In this document: piece by piece, positions 35,298-44,040 of the stretch
Layout: every line of letters starts with the position of its first letter
Position numbering within the stretch: position 1 is the first letter of the stretch
Translations under genes and position numbers: made by a program
Virus record (IMG/VR): IMGVR_UViG_3300045988_135716
Span: 64,001-128,000 of that record
Reading direction: 5' to 3' (one strand)
Source: a virus
DNA length: 64,000 bases
Notes under the pieces: model-generated
Database searches by the model: none
Told to the model about the DNA's origin: nothing
What the model saw: only the letters and a program-made list of their open reading frames with translations

Positions 35298-35843
35298 ATG
35301 AAAAAGCATATTGATGTAGATTTTAATTGCGGAATGACAATTGAAGAAGCTGTTAAATACTTACACCAGTTGTCATATAAAACTGGTAAGGATTATTGTG
35401 GAGCTTTTAATGGTAATACTTTAAGTTCTGATATGACAGTAGATGAAGCATATGTTAAATGTATTGGTAAAACATTTAAAGAATTTAAAGATGAAAAAGA
35501 AAAAATGAGACAAGATTTAATCAGGAGAGAAGAAGAACATAAAAAGAAAATTCCAGAACTAACAAAATATTGGATTAAAGAAGGACATAAAGTTTTATCA
35601 CAAGACAAATGGGACGAATGGGATAGATGTGTACCTATCAGATTAGGTGATCTGTACAAAGGAATGGAGTTAGGTCAATGTTTAGATATTATTAAAACTG
35701 TTAAGGATAATTCTATTGTCGCAGGTATTGAAGTAATGAAGAATCAAGGTCACTCAGGAATGTCTTGGGGACTTATGAAATCTATGATTTATACATTTTG
35801 CGATTGTGGTAACGAATTTGTTGAAGCTTTAGATAATATGTAA
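35298..35843 (+). CDS. hypothetical protein
   Basis: GGAGGG SD; 181 codons. Confidence 0.7.
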   Translation: MKKHIDVDFNCGMTIEEAVKYLHQLSYKTGKDYCGAFNGNTLSSDMTVDEAYVKCIGKTFKEFKDEKEKMRQDLIRREEEHKKKIPELTKYWIKEGHKVLSQDKWDEWDRCVPIRLGDLYKGMELGQCLDIIKTVKDNSIVAGIEVMKNQGHSGMSWGLMKSMIYTFCDCGNEFVEALDNM

Positions 35844-35897
35844 TTTTTCTAAGAGCATTTCTGCTCAAAATTCCATAAAAAATACAATTGAATAGAG

Positions 35898-36290
35898 GTG
35901 AGAGTAATAGTACACAAATCTAAAAGATTCACTAATACATGGTGGAGTTTATGTACTAACTATGAGGATTATCTTAACTTTGCAAAAGAAATGTATCAAT
36001 GGAAAAGTGAAGATGCCATATTTGGCGGTGAGCAATTCCAAACAGACGCTTCATTATTTGATAGTGTGAGTTCTTGGATGGACACATTTGAAGTTCCATA
36101 TATATTAGAAGATCCTAATGATAAGTACTCTGATGAGCATGAGATTAATAATCCATTGACTGATAAATACGAAATTAAAAATAAACCAGAAGAGAATGAA
36201 TATCCAGTAGTGGTTTATATGTATAGAGTGCAAGGTTATTTTAATGTTGATTGGTTTATCATTAAAGAATTGGAAAGTGAGGATAAATAA
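35898..36290 (+). CDS. hypothetical protein (start probably ATA 35907)
   Basis: GTG 35898 lies inside the AGAGGTGA SD itself. In-frame ATA 35907 sits 5 nt after it. Confidence 0.65.
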   Translation: MRVIVHKSKRFTNTWWSLCTNYEDYLNFAKEMYQWKSEDAIFGGEQFQTDASLFDSVSSWMDTFEVPYILEDPNDKYSDEHEINNPLTDKYEIKNKPEENEYPVVVYMYRVQGYFNVDWFIIKELESEDK

Positions 36291-36655
36291 TGCCGACAGG
36301 ATATACGTCTTATATTAAGGATGGGAAAATAACATCTGGTAAAGAATTTTTGAAGCTATGTACAAGAGCATTTGGAATTGCGATTGATTTAAAAGATGAA
36401 TCTTTAGATGTTCCAACACCAAATCATTTTGAGCCACATCCTTATTATGAAAAAGCATACAAAGATTCTGTAGTGTCAAGAGAAAAAGCGTATAGCATGA
36501 CTTTTGAAGAGGTAAAAGAAGATATAATATCTAAGTATCATGATAATAAGGGTAGGGCAGCAAAAATACTTGAAGAATATAAAGATGAAGATAAAAAGTA
36601 CCTAAAAGTACGAGAAGAAGTTGAAAAATGGATTCCACCAACACCAGAACATTAA
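36290..36655 (+). CDS. hypothetical protein
   Basis: TAATG overlap with the upstream gene; GTGAGGA SD. Confidence 0.7.
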   Translation: MPTGYTSYIKDGKITSGKEFLKLCTRAFGIAIDLKDESLDVPTPNHFEPHPYYEKAYKDSVVSREKAYSMTFEEVKEDIISKYHDNKGRAAKILEEYKDEDKKYLKVREEVEKWIPPTPEH

Positions 36656-36688
36656 AATCTAAAGAAATTTTGTTTAGAACAAATTGAT

Positions 36689-36913
36689 ATGTCATTGAAT
36701 ACATCTTTATATGAATGGTGTGAAAAAGATATAAATAAGGAATTAGATACTTCTGATGATACAGTTAAGAAATATATTGATATTTTAAGAGATAATGCAG
36801 ATGAAAAATTGAAAAGAGCATATAAACATTGGCAAGAAGAATTAAGGAGAGTAGAAGAAAAGAATCTATGGATGAAACAATTTTTAGATAGTTTGGAGGA
36901 CATAAAATGGTAA
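36689..36913 (+). CDS. hypothetical protein
   Basis: 74 codons; weak SD. Confidence 0.55.
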   Translation: MSLNTSLYEWCEKDINKELDTSDDTVKKYIDILRDNADEKLKRAYKHWQEELRRVEEKNLWMKQFLDSLEDIKW

Positions 36914-37242
36914 ATTTTGAAGAAAAATTTAATGATTTAATTCAGAAAAAGATTATCAATGACATTTCAAAACAGGATCTTATCAAAATTAATTATGATA
37001 ATAGGTATGAAGTTCCATACGAAATCCTTAAAGAATGTTATGAAAAAATTGATATTGAAAAAGTAAAAGAGAAAATTATATCACGATTAGAAGAAGAAAT
37101 GGCAGATAAGATTGTTAATAAAATGGTTACTGAATTTTCAAATGACATTAAACAGATTATGTGCAATCGTGAACTTAGAGAAGATTTGAGATATTATATG
37201 AGAACTAAAATTAAAGAAATCAATGACAAAGTGATGGGCTAG
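36907..37242 (+). CDS. hypothetical protein
   Basis: GGAGGA SD; 111 codons. Confidence 0.7.
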   Translation: MVNFEEKFNDLIQKKIINDISKQDLIKINYDNRYEVPYEILKECYEKIDIEKVKEKIISRLEEEMADKIVNKMVTEFSNDIKQIMCNRELREDLRYYMRTKIKEINDKVMG

Positions 37243-37324
37243 CATCACATGAAACAAACGATTCAAGGAGGTGATTTAAACGTCAAAAACTTGTTTTATT
37301 ATATTTTTTATAGTTCTATGGATT

Positions 37325-37579
37325 ATGAGTGGATTCATTTCTATTGTTTTTGCATACGCATATAGTACAAGAGGAGAAGAATATAATCCAAATTATCTTG
37401 ATGGAGAAATTAAATATATAATATTATTATCTTTTGGTGGTTGTATGACATTAATAGTAACCATAGTTGCTTTTATATATGTATGGATTAATGAACACAA
37501 ACCAAAATCAAGATCATTTACAAAATTTATCTATTGGTTAGGAAACATTGGAGTTAAGAAAGATGATGATAAGACATGA
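37325..37579 (+). CDS. small membrane protein (frame open and hydrophobic from 37280)
   Basis: ATG 37325 has no SD. A perfect AAGGAGGTGA (37265-37274) lies 5 nt before in-frame ACG 37280, and the intervening codons encode more of the hydrophobic helix. Confidence 0.6.
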   Translation: MSGFISIVFAYAYSTRGEEYNPNYLDGEIKYIILLSFGGCMTLIVTIVAFIYVWINEHKPKSRSFTKFIYWLGNIGVKKDDDKT

Positions 37580-37857
37580 GGGTTGTAGAACTTATAAGAA
37601 AATTACAAGAAATCGGCTATGATGAGAATACTGAATTGACATTTAGTTGCACAGATGGTGAAACAGGTGAGTATTACGTTATTCCATTTGAAGAAATTAC
37701 ATATGGAGAAGAATTAACTGGTGAGTCGTATGATAATGATGTGATTGATATTTCAGTAGATATTGATTCAGTGGAAGAATATATCAAGGCAAAAGCAGAA
37801 GTTGAATTAGAGAAACAAACGCAAAGAGTAATTAAAGCATTAGAGGATTATAGTTAA
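37576..37857 (+). CDS. hypothetical acidic protein
   Basis: ATGA overlap with the upstream gene. Confidence 0.65.
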   Translation: MRVVELIRKLQEIGYDENTELTFSCTDGETGEYYVIPFEEITYGEELTGESYDNDVIDISVDIDSVEEYIKAKAEVELEKQTQRVIKALEDYS

Positions 37858-37858
37858 T

Positions 37859-38134
37859 ATGAGAACATATAAAAAGGTATTATTTTATAAAGAAGCGGAA
37901 TCACCTCTTGCATGGAGAGATGATCGTAAGGCAAGAACAAAAATCGAAGTTATTATGTGGTTTGATTTTAAAGAAGGATTAAGATTTTCAGTTGGAGCAG
38001 GAAATATTACTTCTTGTGAAAGAAACATCTTTAAAGCCATTTGGAGAGTATTGGAACATGAATCTATTGGAATGGCGAAATATGATTGTTTGAAAGAAGA
38101 TACTAGATCAAAGGGACTATGGAAAAAATTATAA
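37859..38134 (+). CDS. hypothetical protein
   Basis: AGAGGA SD; 91 codons. Confidence 0.65.
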   Translation: MRTYKKVLFYKEAESPLAWRDDRKARTKIEVIMWFDFKEGLRFSVGAGNITSCERNIFKAIWRVLEHESIGMAKYDCLKEDTRSKGLWKKL

Positions 38135-38154
38135 AGAGAAAGAGGTAATAGAAT

Positions 38155-38340
38155 ATGAAAACAATCTATGAATTAAATGAGAAAGATATCGCAACGCTTG
38201 TAGCCGAAAAATTTGACATTGGAACAGAATGTGTTCACGTAAGCTATGACAATGTAACAACTGGATATGGTGTTGCAGAAACTACGAATCCTACTATTAA
38301 GATTCAAATTATTACGGATAAAGAAATAGACGAAGTATAA
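38155..38340 (+). CDS. hypothetical protein
   Basis: AGAGGT SD; 61 codons. Confidence 0.6.
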   Translation: MKTIYELNEKDIATLVAEKFDIGTECVHVSYDNVTTGYGVAETTNPTIKIQIITDKEIDEV

Positions 38341-38380
38341 CTTTGAATTCTCGATTTCATGGGATAAAAGGTGATGTTTT

Positions 38381-38734
38381 ATGAATAAAAGAACACGTAA
38401 AAAGCGGTTAAAGAAACAAGGATTGTATGTAAATCCAAAAGAAACATGGAATCTGGATTGTAATATTGCAAAATATGTTCTTCCAAGATTAAAGATGTAT
38501 AAGAAATTAACCATTGCTTATCCTGGATATGGCGAAGCGAATACACCTGAAAAATGGGATGCTCTATTGGATAAAATGATTTGGTCATTCGAGCAAGTTG
38601 CTAATGATTATGAGATATATGCGTCTATAAATTTTAAGGATTCCGATTGGATGGATAAATACAATGAACTGAATGATAAGATTCAAGAAGGATTGATATT
38701 ATTTGCAAAATGGTTTCGGTATTTATGGTGGTGA
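38381..38734 (+). CDS. hypothetical protein
   Basis: AAAAGGTGA SD 6 nt upstream of the ATG. Confidence 0.7.
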   Translation: MNKRTRKKRLKKQGLYVNPKETWNLDCNIAKYVLPRLKMYKKLTIAYPGYGEANTPEKWDALLDKMIWSFEQVANDYEIYASINFKDSDWMDKYNELNDKIQEGLILFAKWFRYLWW

Positions 38735-38738
38735 GAAA

Positions 38739-39062
38739 ATGAAAGAGATTTTAGGTAATAACCTTGAGCAATTCTTTTTTGTACTGGATTATCCAAAAGA
38801 ATATGGAGCAGTATGTACATACAAAAGTAATAGATATGAAGTTTGGTTAATGGATGATGAAATATTTGATATGATTTCAGATCTGTCAGAAGAAAAATTT
38901 GTGAAATTCGCAGGTGAAGATGCTTGGTGGAGAAGTAGTAACGGTAGTGTATTATATTCACTTGATAAAGGAGAAGTAACAATTAACAACCAGAAAATGA
39001 TTGGATGGATTAGAAAACCTTGGGATGAAGAAATATCAATCATTATCAGAGTATCTATGTGA
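38739..39062 (+). CDS. hypothetical protein, paralogue A of a local pair
   Basis: ILGNNLEQFFFVLDYP..C.YK.N.YEVWLMDDEIFDMISDLSEEKFVKFAGEDAWW parallels the 39179 gene. The ORF opens at 38703. Confidence 0.65.
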   Translation: MKEILGNNLEQFFFVLDYPKEYGAVCTYKSNRYEVWLMDDEIFDMISDLSEEKFVKFAGEDAWWRSSNGSVLYSLDKGEVTINNQKMIGWIRKPWDEEISIIIRVSM

Positions 39063-39177
39063 ATTTATTGGAGCTTCTACACCTCAGAATGTTGTGGCTT
39101 GTGTAATGGATTTAGCAAAATTCAATCATTTATCAATGGGTGAATTGTTTAAAAAATATGAACCAGTGGAGGATTAA
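39025..39177 (+). CDS. possible small overlapping gene (50 aa)
   Basis: MKKYQSLSEYLCEFIGASTPQNVVACVMDLAKFNHLSMGELFKKYEPVED fills the gap between the paralogues; weak SD. Confidence 0.3.
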   Translation: MKKYQSLSEYLCEFIGASTPQNVVACVMDLAKFNHLSMGELFKKYEPVED

Positions 39178-39178
39178 A

Positions 39179-39463
39179 TTGAAAAATATAAAAGCGATTA
39201 TTGGTACTAATCTTGAGAAGCTTTTTTTAAATTTAAAATATCCAGAACATTGCAAAGCTGCCTGTATATATAAAAATAATGAATATGAAATAGAAGTATG
39301 GGTTATGCCAGACAAAGTATACGATATTATTGTTAAGATGTCTAGTAGAAAATTTAAGAAACTAGCCGGAGAAAATGCATTTTGGGCGGAATGGGTTGGA
39401 AATGGAGTAGAAAGAGATGAATATGGGAGAGTAACTGGTTGGTCTTGGACTGAATTGCCGTAA
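39179..39463 (+). CDS. hypothetical protein, paralogue B of a local pair
   Basis: TTG start 5 nt after GTGGAGGA. IIGTNLEKLFLNLKYP..C.YKNNEYEIEVWVMPDKVYDIIVKMSSRKFKKLAGENAFW. Confidence 0.6.
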   Translation: MKNIKAIIGTNLEKLFLNLKYPEHCKAACIYKNNEYEIEVWVMPDKVYDIIVKMSSRKFKKLAGENAFWAEWVGNGVERDEYGRVTGWSWTELP

Positions 39464-39528
39464 ATAATTCGAATATAGAATTAAAAGATTGAATTATTTA
39501 GAAAATACATAAAGGAGTATGTTGAAAT

Positions 39529-39840
39529 ATGAAGAAATCAGAACCAAAATTAATTTTAAATCTGCAAGTTGATAGTGAAGAACTCGATCAGAAAGTTAAA
39601 CTTGCAATGGATAAGTACATTGAAGATGTAATTGTGGGTAATCTTGATGATGAAATTGAAAAGATTGTCACTAAAAGAATTGAAGCATTAGTATCAGCAG
39701 ATAGATGGAATCCAAATCGAAAAATTAAAGATAAAACATTAGAAACGTATGTAAAAGAAGCAACAGAGAAAGTTATTAGTGATGTAATTGATAAGAATAT
39801 CAAAGATATTTTTGCAAAGAAAGTTGCGGAGATGCTATAG
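39529..39840 (+). CDS. hypothetical protein
   Basis: AAAGGAG SD; 103 codons. Confidence 0.7.
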   Translation: MKKSEPKLILNLQVDSEELDQKVKLAMDKYIEDVIVGNLDDEIEKIVTKRIEALVSADRWNPNRKIKDKTLETYVKEATEKVISDVIDKNIKDIFAKKVAEML

Positions 39841-39847
39841 GTTAAAT

Positions 39848-40045
39848 ATGAAGAGAAAGAAGAAACAGAATAACAAATTATCAGACAAAGAAAAATTGTT
39901 GAATAATTTTAAAACAGTGGAAGATTATATGGTAAAGAAAATCGAGAATCATATTACGCAAAGCATTTATAAAGAAATAGAACAACGTTTATATTTTAAT
40001 AAAATCGTAAGTGATGTTTATACAAAATTTAAAGACAAAAAGTAA
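39848..40045 (+). CDS. small basic protein
   Basis: The ORF opens at 39788 inside the upstream gene; ATG 39848 is the first start after its stop. Confidence 0.5.
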   Translation: MKRKKKQNNKLSDKEKLLNNFKTVEDYMVKKIENHITQSIYKEIEQRLYFNKIVSDVYTKFKDKK

Positions 40046-40260
40046 CATAAAATATTTCTTTCATCGTAGTCTTGAATATCCTTGATTTCACTGACTTCTG
40101 AAAGAGATAACGTAATCAGAATACATAGAATCATGTGGTTTTGGGACGCTGAAACCGTATAAATATTAGTGATTTAATATATCACATGAAAGAAATAATT
40201 GATCGAAGAAAGGAAAACATAGTCTCATGAGGTAAGCTGCGCAGCACTTTAGGGACGAAT

Positions 40261-41352
40261 ATGAATAATAAAACATTTAATCCATTAAATGTAAGCAGTA
40301 AATTTGCAATCTGTGGGCTACCAATAAGAGTAGATACATATAAAACTTGTAGTTTTGGATGTAAATATTGCTTTTCAAATTACAGAAAGATTATGGAATT
40401 TGAGAAACAATTACAAGTAGCGAATATCAAATCTGTAGAAAGAAAACTGGATAAAATACTTAACAAGAAAGAAGTAAATCCTGAAAATTTCTTAGATGTA
40501 TTAATTTCACAAGGATATGACTGGCATTGTGGTGGAATGAGCGATCCATTTCAACCAGTAGAACAGAAACTTCAAATTACAAAACAGTTGATTGATATAA
40601 CAAATCAGTATGATATACATATTTTGTTTAGCACTAAATCTGATACAACTTATAATTGTGATATAAAACCAGAATTACATACATTTCAATTGTCTGTTAC
40701 TAACACTAATGATAGAGTAGATTTTGAGCCAAATGTACCAGATATTTCAAAAAGATACAAATTCTATAAATCTCTTAAAGAACGTGGATTTAAAGTAGGT
40801 ATTAGAATCCAACCGTTTATCCCAGATATTTCCACATTAGACATAATAGAAAAATTTAAAGATGCTGATCATTTCACAATTGAAGGATTGAAACTTGTTC
40901 CACAAAATAAGCAACATAAAGATTACTTGCTTGAATTAACAGGATTACATCATTCTGATTTTACACAAATGGGATTATTGAATTTAAAACCAGAAATAAG
41001 AAATGAATTATATAAGCCATTTATTGATAAGCTGCAAGAATATGGAATCTCATATAGTATTGCTGATAATGATTTACATCATTTAGGAACGTCAAAGTGT
41101 TGTTGTGGAGACACTTTGATACATAAAAGTACAGATTTTAATAATACGTCAATGATATGTAGATATGGAATCAACTATACAAGAGAACAGTTAAATAAAG
41201 AACTTAAAAGGTGTAGTGTTGATTGTTGTAAATGTAATCAGTTATTTACATCTAATAGGCAAGAAGGATGTGTAACAGTACAGGATTTTTATAATAAGAG
41301 GTTCGATAGAAAATCAAGTCCATTTAGTCCTAAATTTCTGTATCTAAATTAA
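40261..41352 (+). CDS. radical SAM enzyme, SplB/COG1533-like (spore-photoproduct-lyase-like DNA repair family)
   Basis: CX3CX2C cluster in VDTYKTCSFGCKYCFSNY near the N-terminus, as in COG1533 proteins; preceded by a 215-nt non-coding leader. Confidence 0.65.
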   Translation: MNNKTFNPLNVSSKFAICGLPIRVDTYKTCSFGCKYCFSNYRKIMEFEKQLQVANIKSVERKLDKILNKKEVNPENFLDVLISQGYDWHCGGMSDPFQPVEQKLQITKQLIDITNQYDIHILFSTKSDTTYNCDIKPELHTFQLSVTNTNDRVDFEPNVPDISKRYKFYKSLKERGFKVGIRIQPFIPDISTLDIIEKFKDADHFTIEGLKLVPQNKQHKDYLLELTGLHHSDFTQMGLLNLKPEIRNELYKPFIDKLQEYGISYSIADNDLHHLGTSKCCCGDTLIHKSTDFNNTSMICRYGINYTREQLNKELKRCSVDCCKCNQLFTSNRQEGCVTVQDFYNKRFDRKSSPFSPKFLYLN

Positions 41353-41606
41353 AAATAATCGTCAGAAAAATCACCCCATCCTTCAGACATAGCTTTAGAA
41401 ATAAGTTCTAGCATAACAGCAAAAGATGGAATCCTTGCTTGCCCTCTTGATGGAATCATATTTCCATCGGATGTTCTCCAAATAAATCTATAACCTTCTT
41501 TTTCTTTATTATCTGAATATGGGTATATAACATGTTGTAAACATAAAAATTCCCCGTCTTTTGCTTGTTTTTTAATTTCGTTTAATATTTTTATTGTCAT
41601 AATCAA
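41349..41606 (-). CDS. hypothetical protein (minus strand, convergent with the radical SAM gene)
   Basis: GAGGA SD on the minus strand 8 nt before the ATG; 85 codons; 4-nt overlap of the two stop regions. Confidence 0.6.
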   Translation of the reverse strand: MIMTIKILNEIKKQAKDGEFLCLQHVIYPYSDNKEKEGYRFIWRTSDGNMIPSRGQARIPSFAVMLELISKAMSEGWGDFSDDYF

Positions 41607-41737
41607 TTATCCTCTTGAAATTTTTCTTAACTAAATTAGATCATATTTTGTATAAAAAATCAAGAGGTATATTGATTTATCAAAAAATCTATCATTACAA
41701 CCAAATAAAATGTTTATTAAGAAAGAAAGGGATAACA

Positions 41738-42004
41738 ATGAAATGTGTAAGTAAGAAACAATATGAATGCATAAAATTAACAAAGGAAAATTTAAAAGAA
41801 TTTTTAAGAATAGTTGAACCTTATCTTGATAGTAAATATGTCTTTATCCAAGATGATAATGATAAATATTGTCTTGTTAAACTTTTTAAAGTGGAGAAAT
41901 ATTATTTTTACAATGATTGGTATGTTTTCGATTGGGACGAAGCAACGTGGGGACGTTATACAGACGAAGAATTTAAAGAAGAATTTGAATTATTAGATGA
42001 ATAA
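41738..42004 (+). CDS. hypothetical protein
   Basis: ATG 41738 follows AAAGGGA; the track ORF opens at 41615 (TTG) in the divergent intergenic region. Confidence 0.6.
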   Translation: MKCVSKKQYECIKLTKENLKEFLRIVEPYLDSKYVFIQDDNDKYCLVKLFKVEKYYFYNDWYVFDWDEATWGRYTDEEFKEEFELLDE

Positions 42005-42016
42005 AGGAATAAATAA

Positions 42017-42424
42017 ATGAGAATATTTGATGAAAATAATTATTGTATACAACCAGTGCTAAATGTTGCTGATTTATCGGATGATAAAATTGTAATCTTA
42101 TATCCGAAAGAATTTATTGGTGATCCAGTATTAGAAGAAAATATTCCTAAAATGATTTCAGTAGTTAGAGAATATATTAAAGAGTTTGAATCATATTTAA
42201 TGTTTAAAAATATGATAGGAAATGCTAGATGGGATTCAGAGAAACTTAAATATGGCAATATAGCCTATGAGCACCAGGAAAAAGCAGATAAATTAGCAGA
42301 AAAAATGAACGAAGGTATTAGCCCTTATGGTTGGTATATTAATAAAGTAAATGATAAATTAGCGTTCAATGGAATTTCACAAGAAGTTGATTACGCCGTA
42401 TGTTTAGAAAAGATTGAAAGGTGA
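42017..42424 (+). CDS. hypothetical protein
   Basis: AAAGGAA SD; 135 codons. Confidence 0.7.
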   Translation: MRIFDENNYCIQPVLNVADLSDDKIVILYPKEFIGDPVLEENIPKMISVVREYIKEFESYLMFKNMIGNARWDSEKLKYGNIAYEHQEKADKLAEKMNEGISPYGWYINKVNDKLAFNGISQEVDYAVCLEKIER

Positions 42425-42502
42425 TTCACGATAGAAATTAAATTAAAAAATGGAAGTAAATTAGAGAATATAGAATCAAAAGATAGTAAACGTAGTAATT
42501 CC

Positions 42503-42685
42503 ATGAGAATTAAATTTGGAGAATGGGAAACTACAACACAAGAAAATTCAGAAGAAGTAATGAAGAAACAAATTTTATATTATCAGGAGCACCCAGAAGA
42601 ATTTCTTGAATTGATGGGGCATGATTTACACTTGTATTGGTATCAGAAATTATGGATAAAGTTTTTAGCAAAAATTGGGAGGTAA
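42503..42685 (+). CDS. hypothetical protein (possible ATA start at 42431)
   Basis: ATG 42503 has no SD. In-frame ATA 42431 lies 6 nt after AAAGGTGA. Confidence 0.6.
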   Translation: MRIKFGEWETTTQENSEEVMKKQILYYQEHPEEFLELMGHDLHLYWYQKLWIKFLAKIGR

Positions 42686-42688
42686 ATT

Positions 42689-42913
42689 ATGAATTTCGCA
42701 AGCGCATTATTTTCACTTAAAAGAGGACACAAAATCAGGAGAAAACATTGGACAGGTTGGTGGGAACTGGATGGTAATGAAGTTATGATGCACTGTCATG
42801 ATGGTAGAATTATCAATATCAGAGATTCAGAAGATATTACATATACAATCGAGAACATGGCATGCGATGATTGGACTATTGCTGATAATTGTGGAGTAAA
42901 GGGAGAAATTTAG
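42689..42913 (+). CDS. DUF2829-family protein (the family that includes the Thoeris anti-defence sponge Tad2)
   Basis: MNFASALFSLKRGHKIRRKHWTG....DDWTI fits the DUF2829 pattern (M.F.eAl.alk.GkkvrRkgW.g ... eDW.i), recalled from memory. Confidence 0.6.
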   Translation: MNFASALFSLKRGHKIRRKHWTGWWELDGNEVMMHCHDGRIINIRDSEDITYTIENMACDDWTIADNCGVKGEI

Positions 42914-42918
42914 ATCAG

Positions 42919-42936
42919 ATGAAAGTTCCCTTTCAT
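42919..42936 (+). repeat. Dispersed palindrome family member (ATGAAAG-TTCC-CTTTCAT)
   Basis: Perfect palindrome followed by CGTA, nearly identical in frame to the copy at 2616-2633. Confidence 0.6.
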
Positions 42937-43011
42937 CGTAAAAAATAGGTCTTTTGAGGTGTATTTTTGATTGAAATATGCCTTAAAAGGCACATATGAG
43001 GTGATAAATGG

Positions 43012-43185
43012 ATGAATAATGTTAAAGTTACAAAGCAATTTGTGGAATATTCGAAGAGATTAGCGGAAGATATTCTTGGATTTAATCAATGTTGTAGTCA
43101 CGGTCGTACAGATAGCGAAAGAAATAGAAAACTAAGATACCATATTAAACGTTGTGAGAAATTGCTTAATGAAATGGAGAAGTGA
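43012..43185 (+). CDS. small hypothetical protein (57 aa)
   Basis: GAGGTGA SD; below the ORF-track cut-off. Confidence 0.45.
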   Translation: MNNVKVTKQFVEYSKRLAEDILGFNQCCSHGRTDSERNRKLRYHIKRCEKLLNEMEK

Positions 43186-43188
43186 TAT

Positions 43189-43560
43189 ATGAATTATATA
43201 AAACGTGGGATTAAAGTATCTTTATGTTTTTATGGTAATTCTCAGACAAAATATTTTATGAACGAAAAAAATGAATTTACGATTAATGGGAAACCTACGT
43301 TCCAACATATAGAGGGGTTTCAAATGTGGATTCCACCAGAAAAAAGAAGTTTTACTTTAGTCCCTGATTATAGTTACAAAAATTATAAACATATTAGAAA
43401 CTATGAAGAATTACTATATCATGCAATTATGGATGGAAATAATGCAGAAAAGTTTGGAAGAAATTGTGTACATGCTATTGAAGATTATATGAAATCTTAT
43501 GGTATCAATTACATTCCAAAATATTCAATTGAATTTGAACGATGTGATATTGTGGAGTGA
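43189..43560 (+). CDS. hypothetical protein
   Basis: GGAGAAG SD; 123 codons. Confidence 0.7.
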   Translation: MNYIKRGIKVSLCFYGNSQTKYFMNEKNEFTINGKPTFQHIEGFQMWIPPEKRSFTLVPDYSYKNYKHIRNYEELLYHAIMDGNNAEKFGRNCVHAIEDYMKSYGINYIPKYSIEFERCDIVE

Positions 43561-43567
43561 ATGGTGT

Positions 43568-43741
43568 ATGAGAGGTCAACGAGCAGAATTAAAAATTATA
43601 GATGATTCATTTGACAATTGGTGTATTGAACATGAAGAGGAAATAAATGAAATTTTACAGCCATTTTTTAAAACATCCGATGAGGTCAAAGAATTTAAAA
43701 ATCAGTTTATTTATATGTCATCTAAAGGAGAAATGAAATGA
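43568..43741 (+). CDS. hypothetical protein
   Basis: The ORF opens at 43499 inside the upstream gene; ATG 43568 follows GGAGTGA. Confidence 0.55.
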   Translation: MRGQRAELKIIDDSFDNWCIEHEEEINEILQPFFKTSDEVKEFKNQFIYMSSKGEMK

Positions 43742-44007
43742 TTCTGATTGAAGGTAATTGGGAAGAAGTTAATGATCTTCAAGATGCTGCTTGTCTTGTA
43801 AGAAGTTATTACAATTCGGATTTGGCGGATGAGATTGAGAAGCTAACACCGATACATAGCGATGAAGAATATCAGGAATTGTTAGATAAAGTTTATGATT
43901 TAGAAAAAGAAAACGAAGATTTGCAAGATGAAAATTGTTCTTTAGATTCGAAGAATGATATGTTAAGAGAGAAAATTGAGCAGTTAGAAGATATACTAGA
44001 AAGTTGA
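43738..44007 (+). CDS. hypothetical acidic coiled-coil protein
   Basis: ATGA overlap with the upstream gene; AAAGGAG SD. Confidence 0.7.
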   Translation: MILIEGNWEEVNDLQDAACLVRSYYNSDLADEIEKLTPIHSDEEYQELLDKVYDLEKENEDLQDENCSLDSKNDMLREKIEQLEDILES

Positions 44008-44040
44008 ATTTTTCATTTCATGGAAAGGAGAAATGACATT

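Noticed and set aside
41615-41737. TTG-initiated N-terminal extension of the 41738-42004 gene
   Set aside because: The extension covers the divergent promoter region, has no SD, and encodes implausible sequence. ATG 41738 has an AAAGGGA SD.
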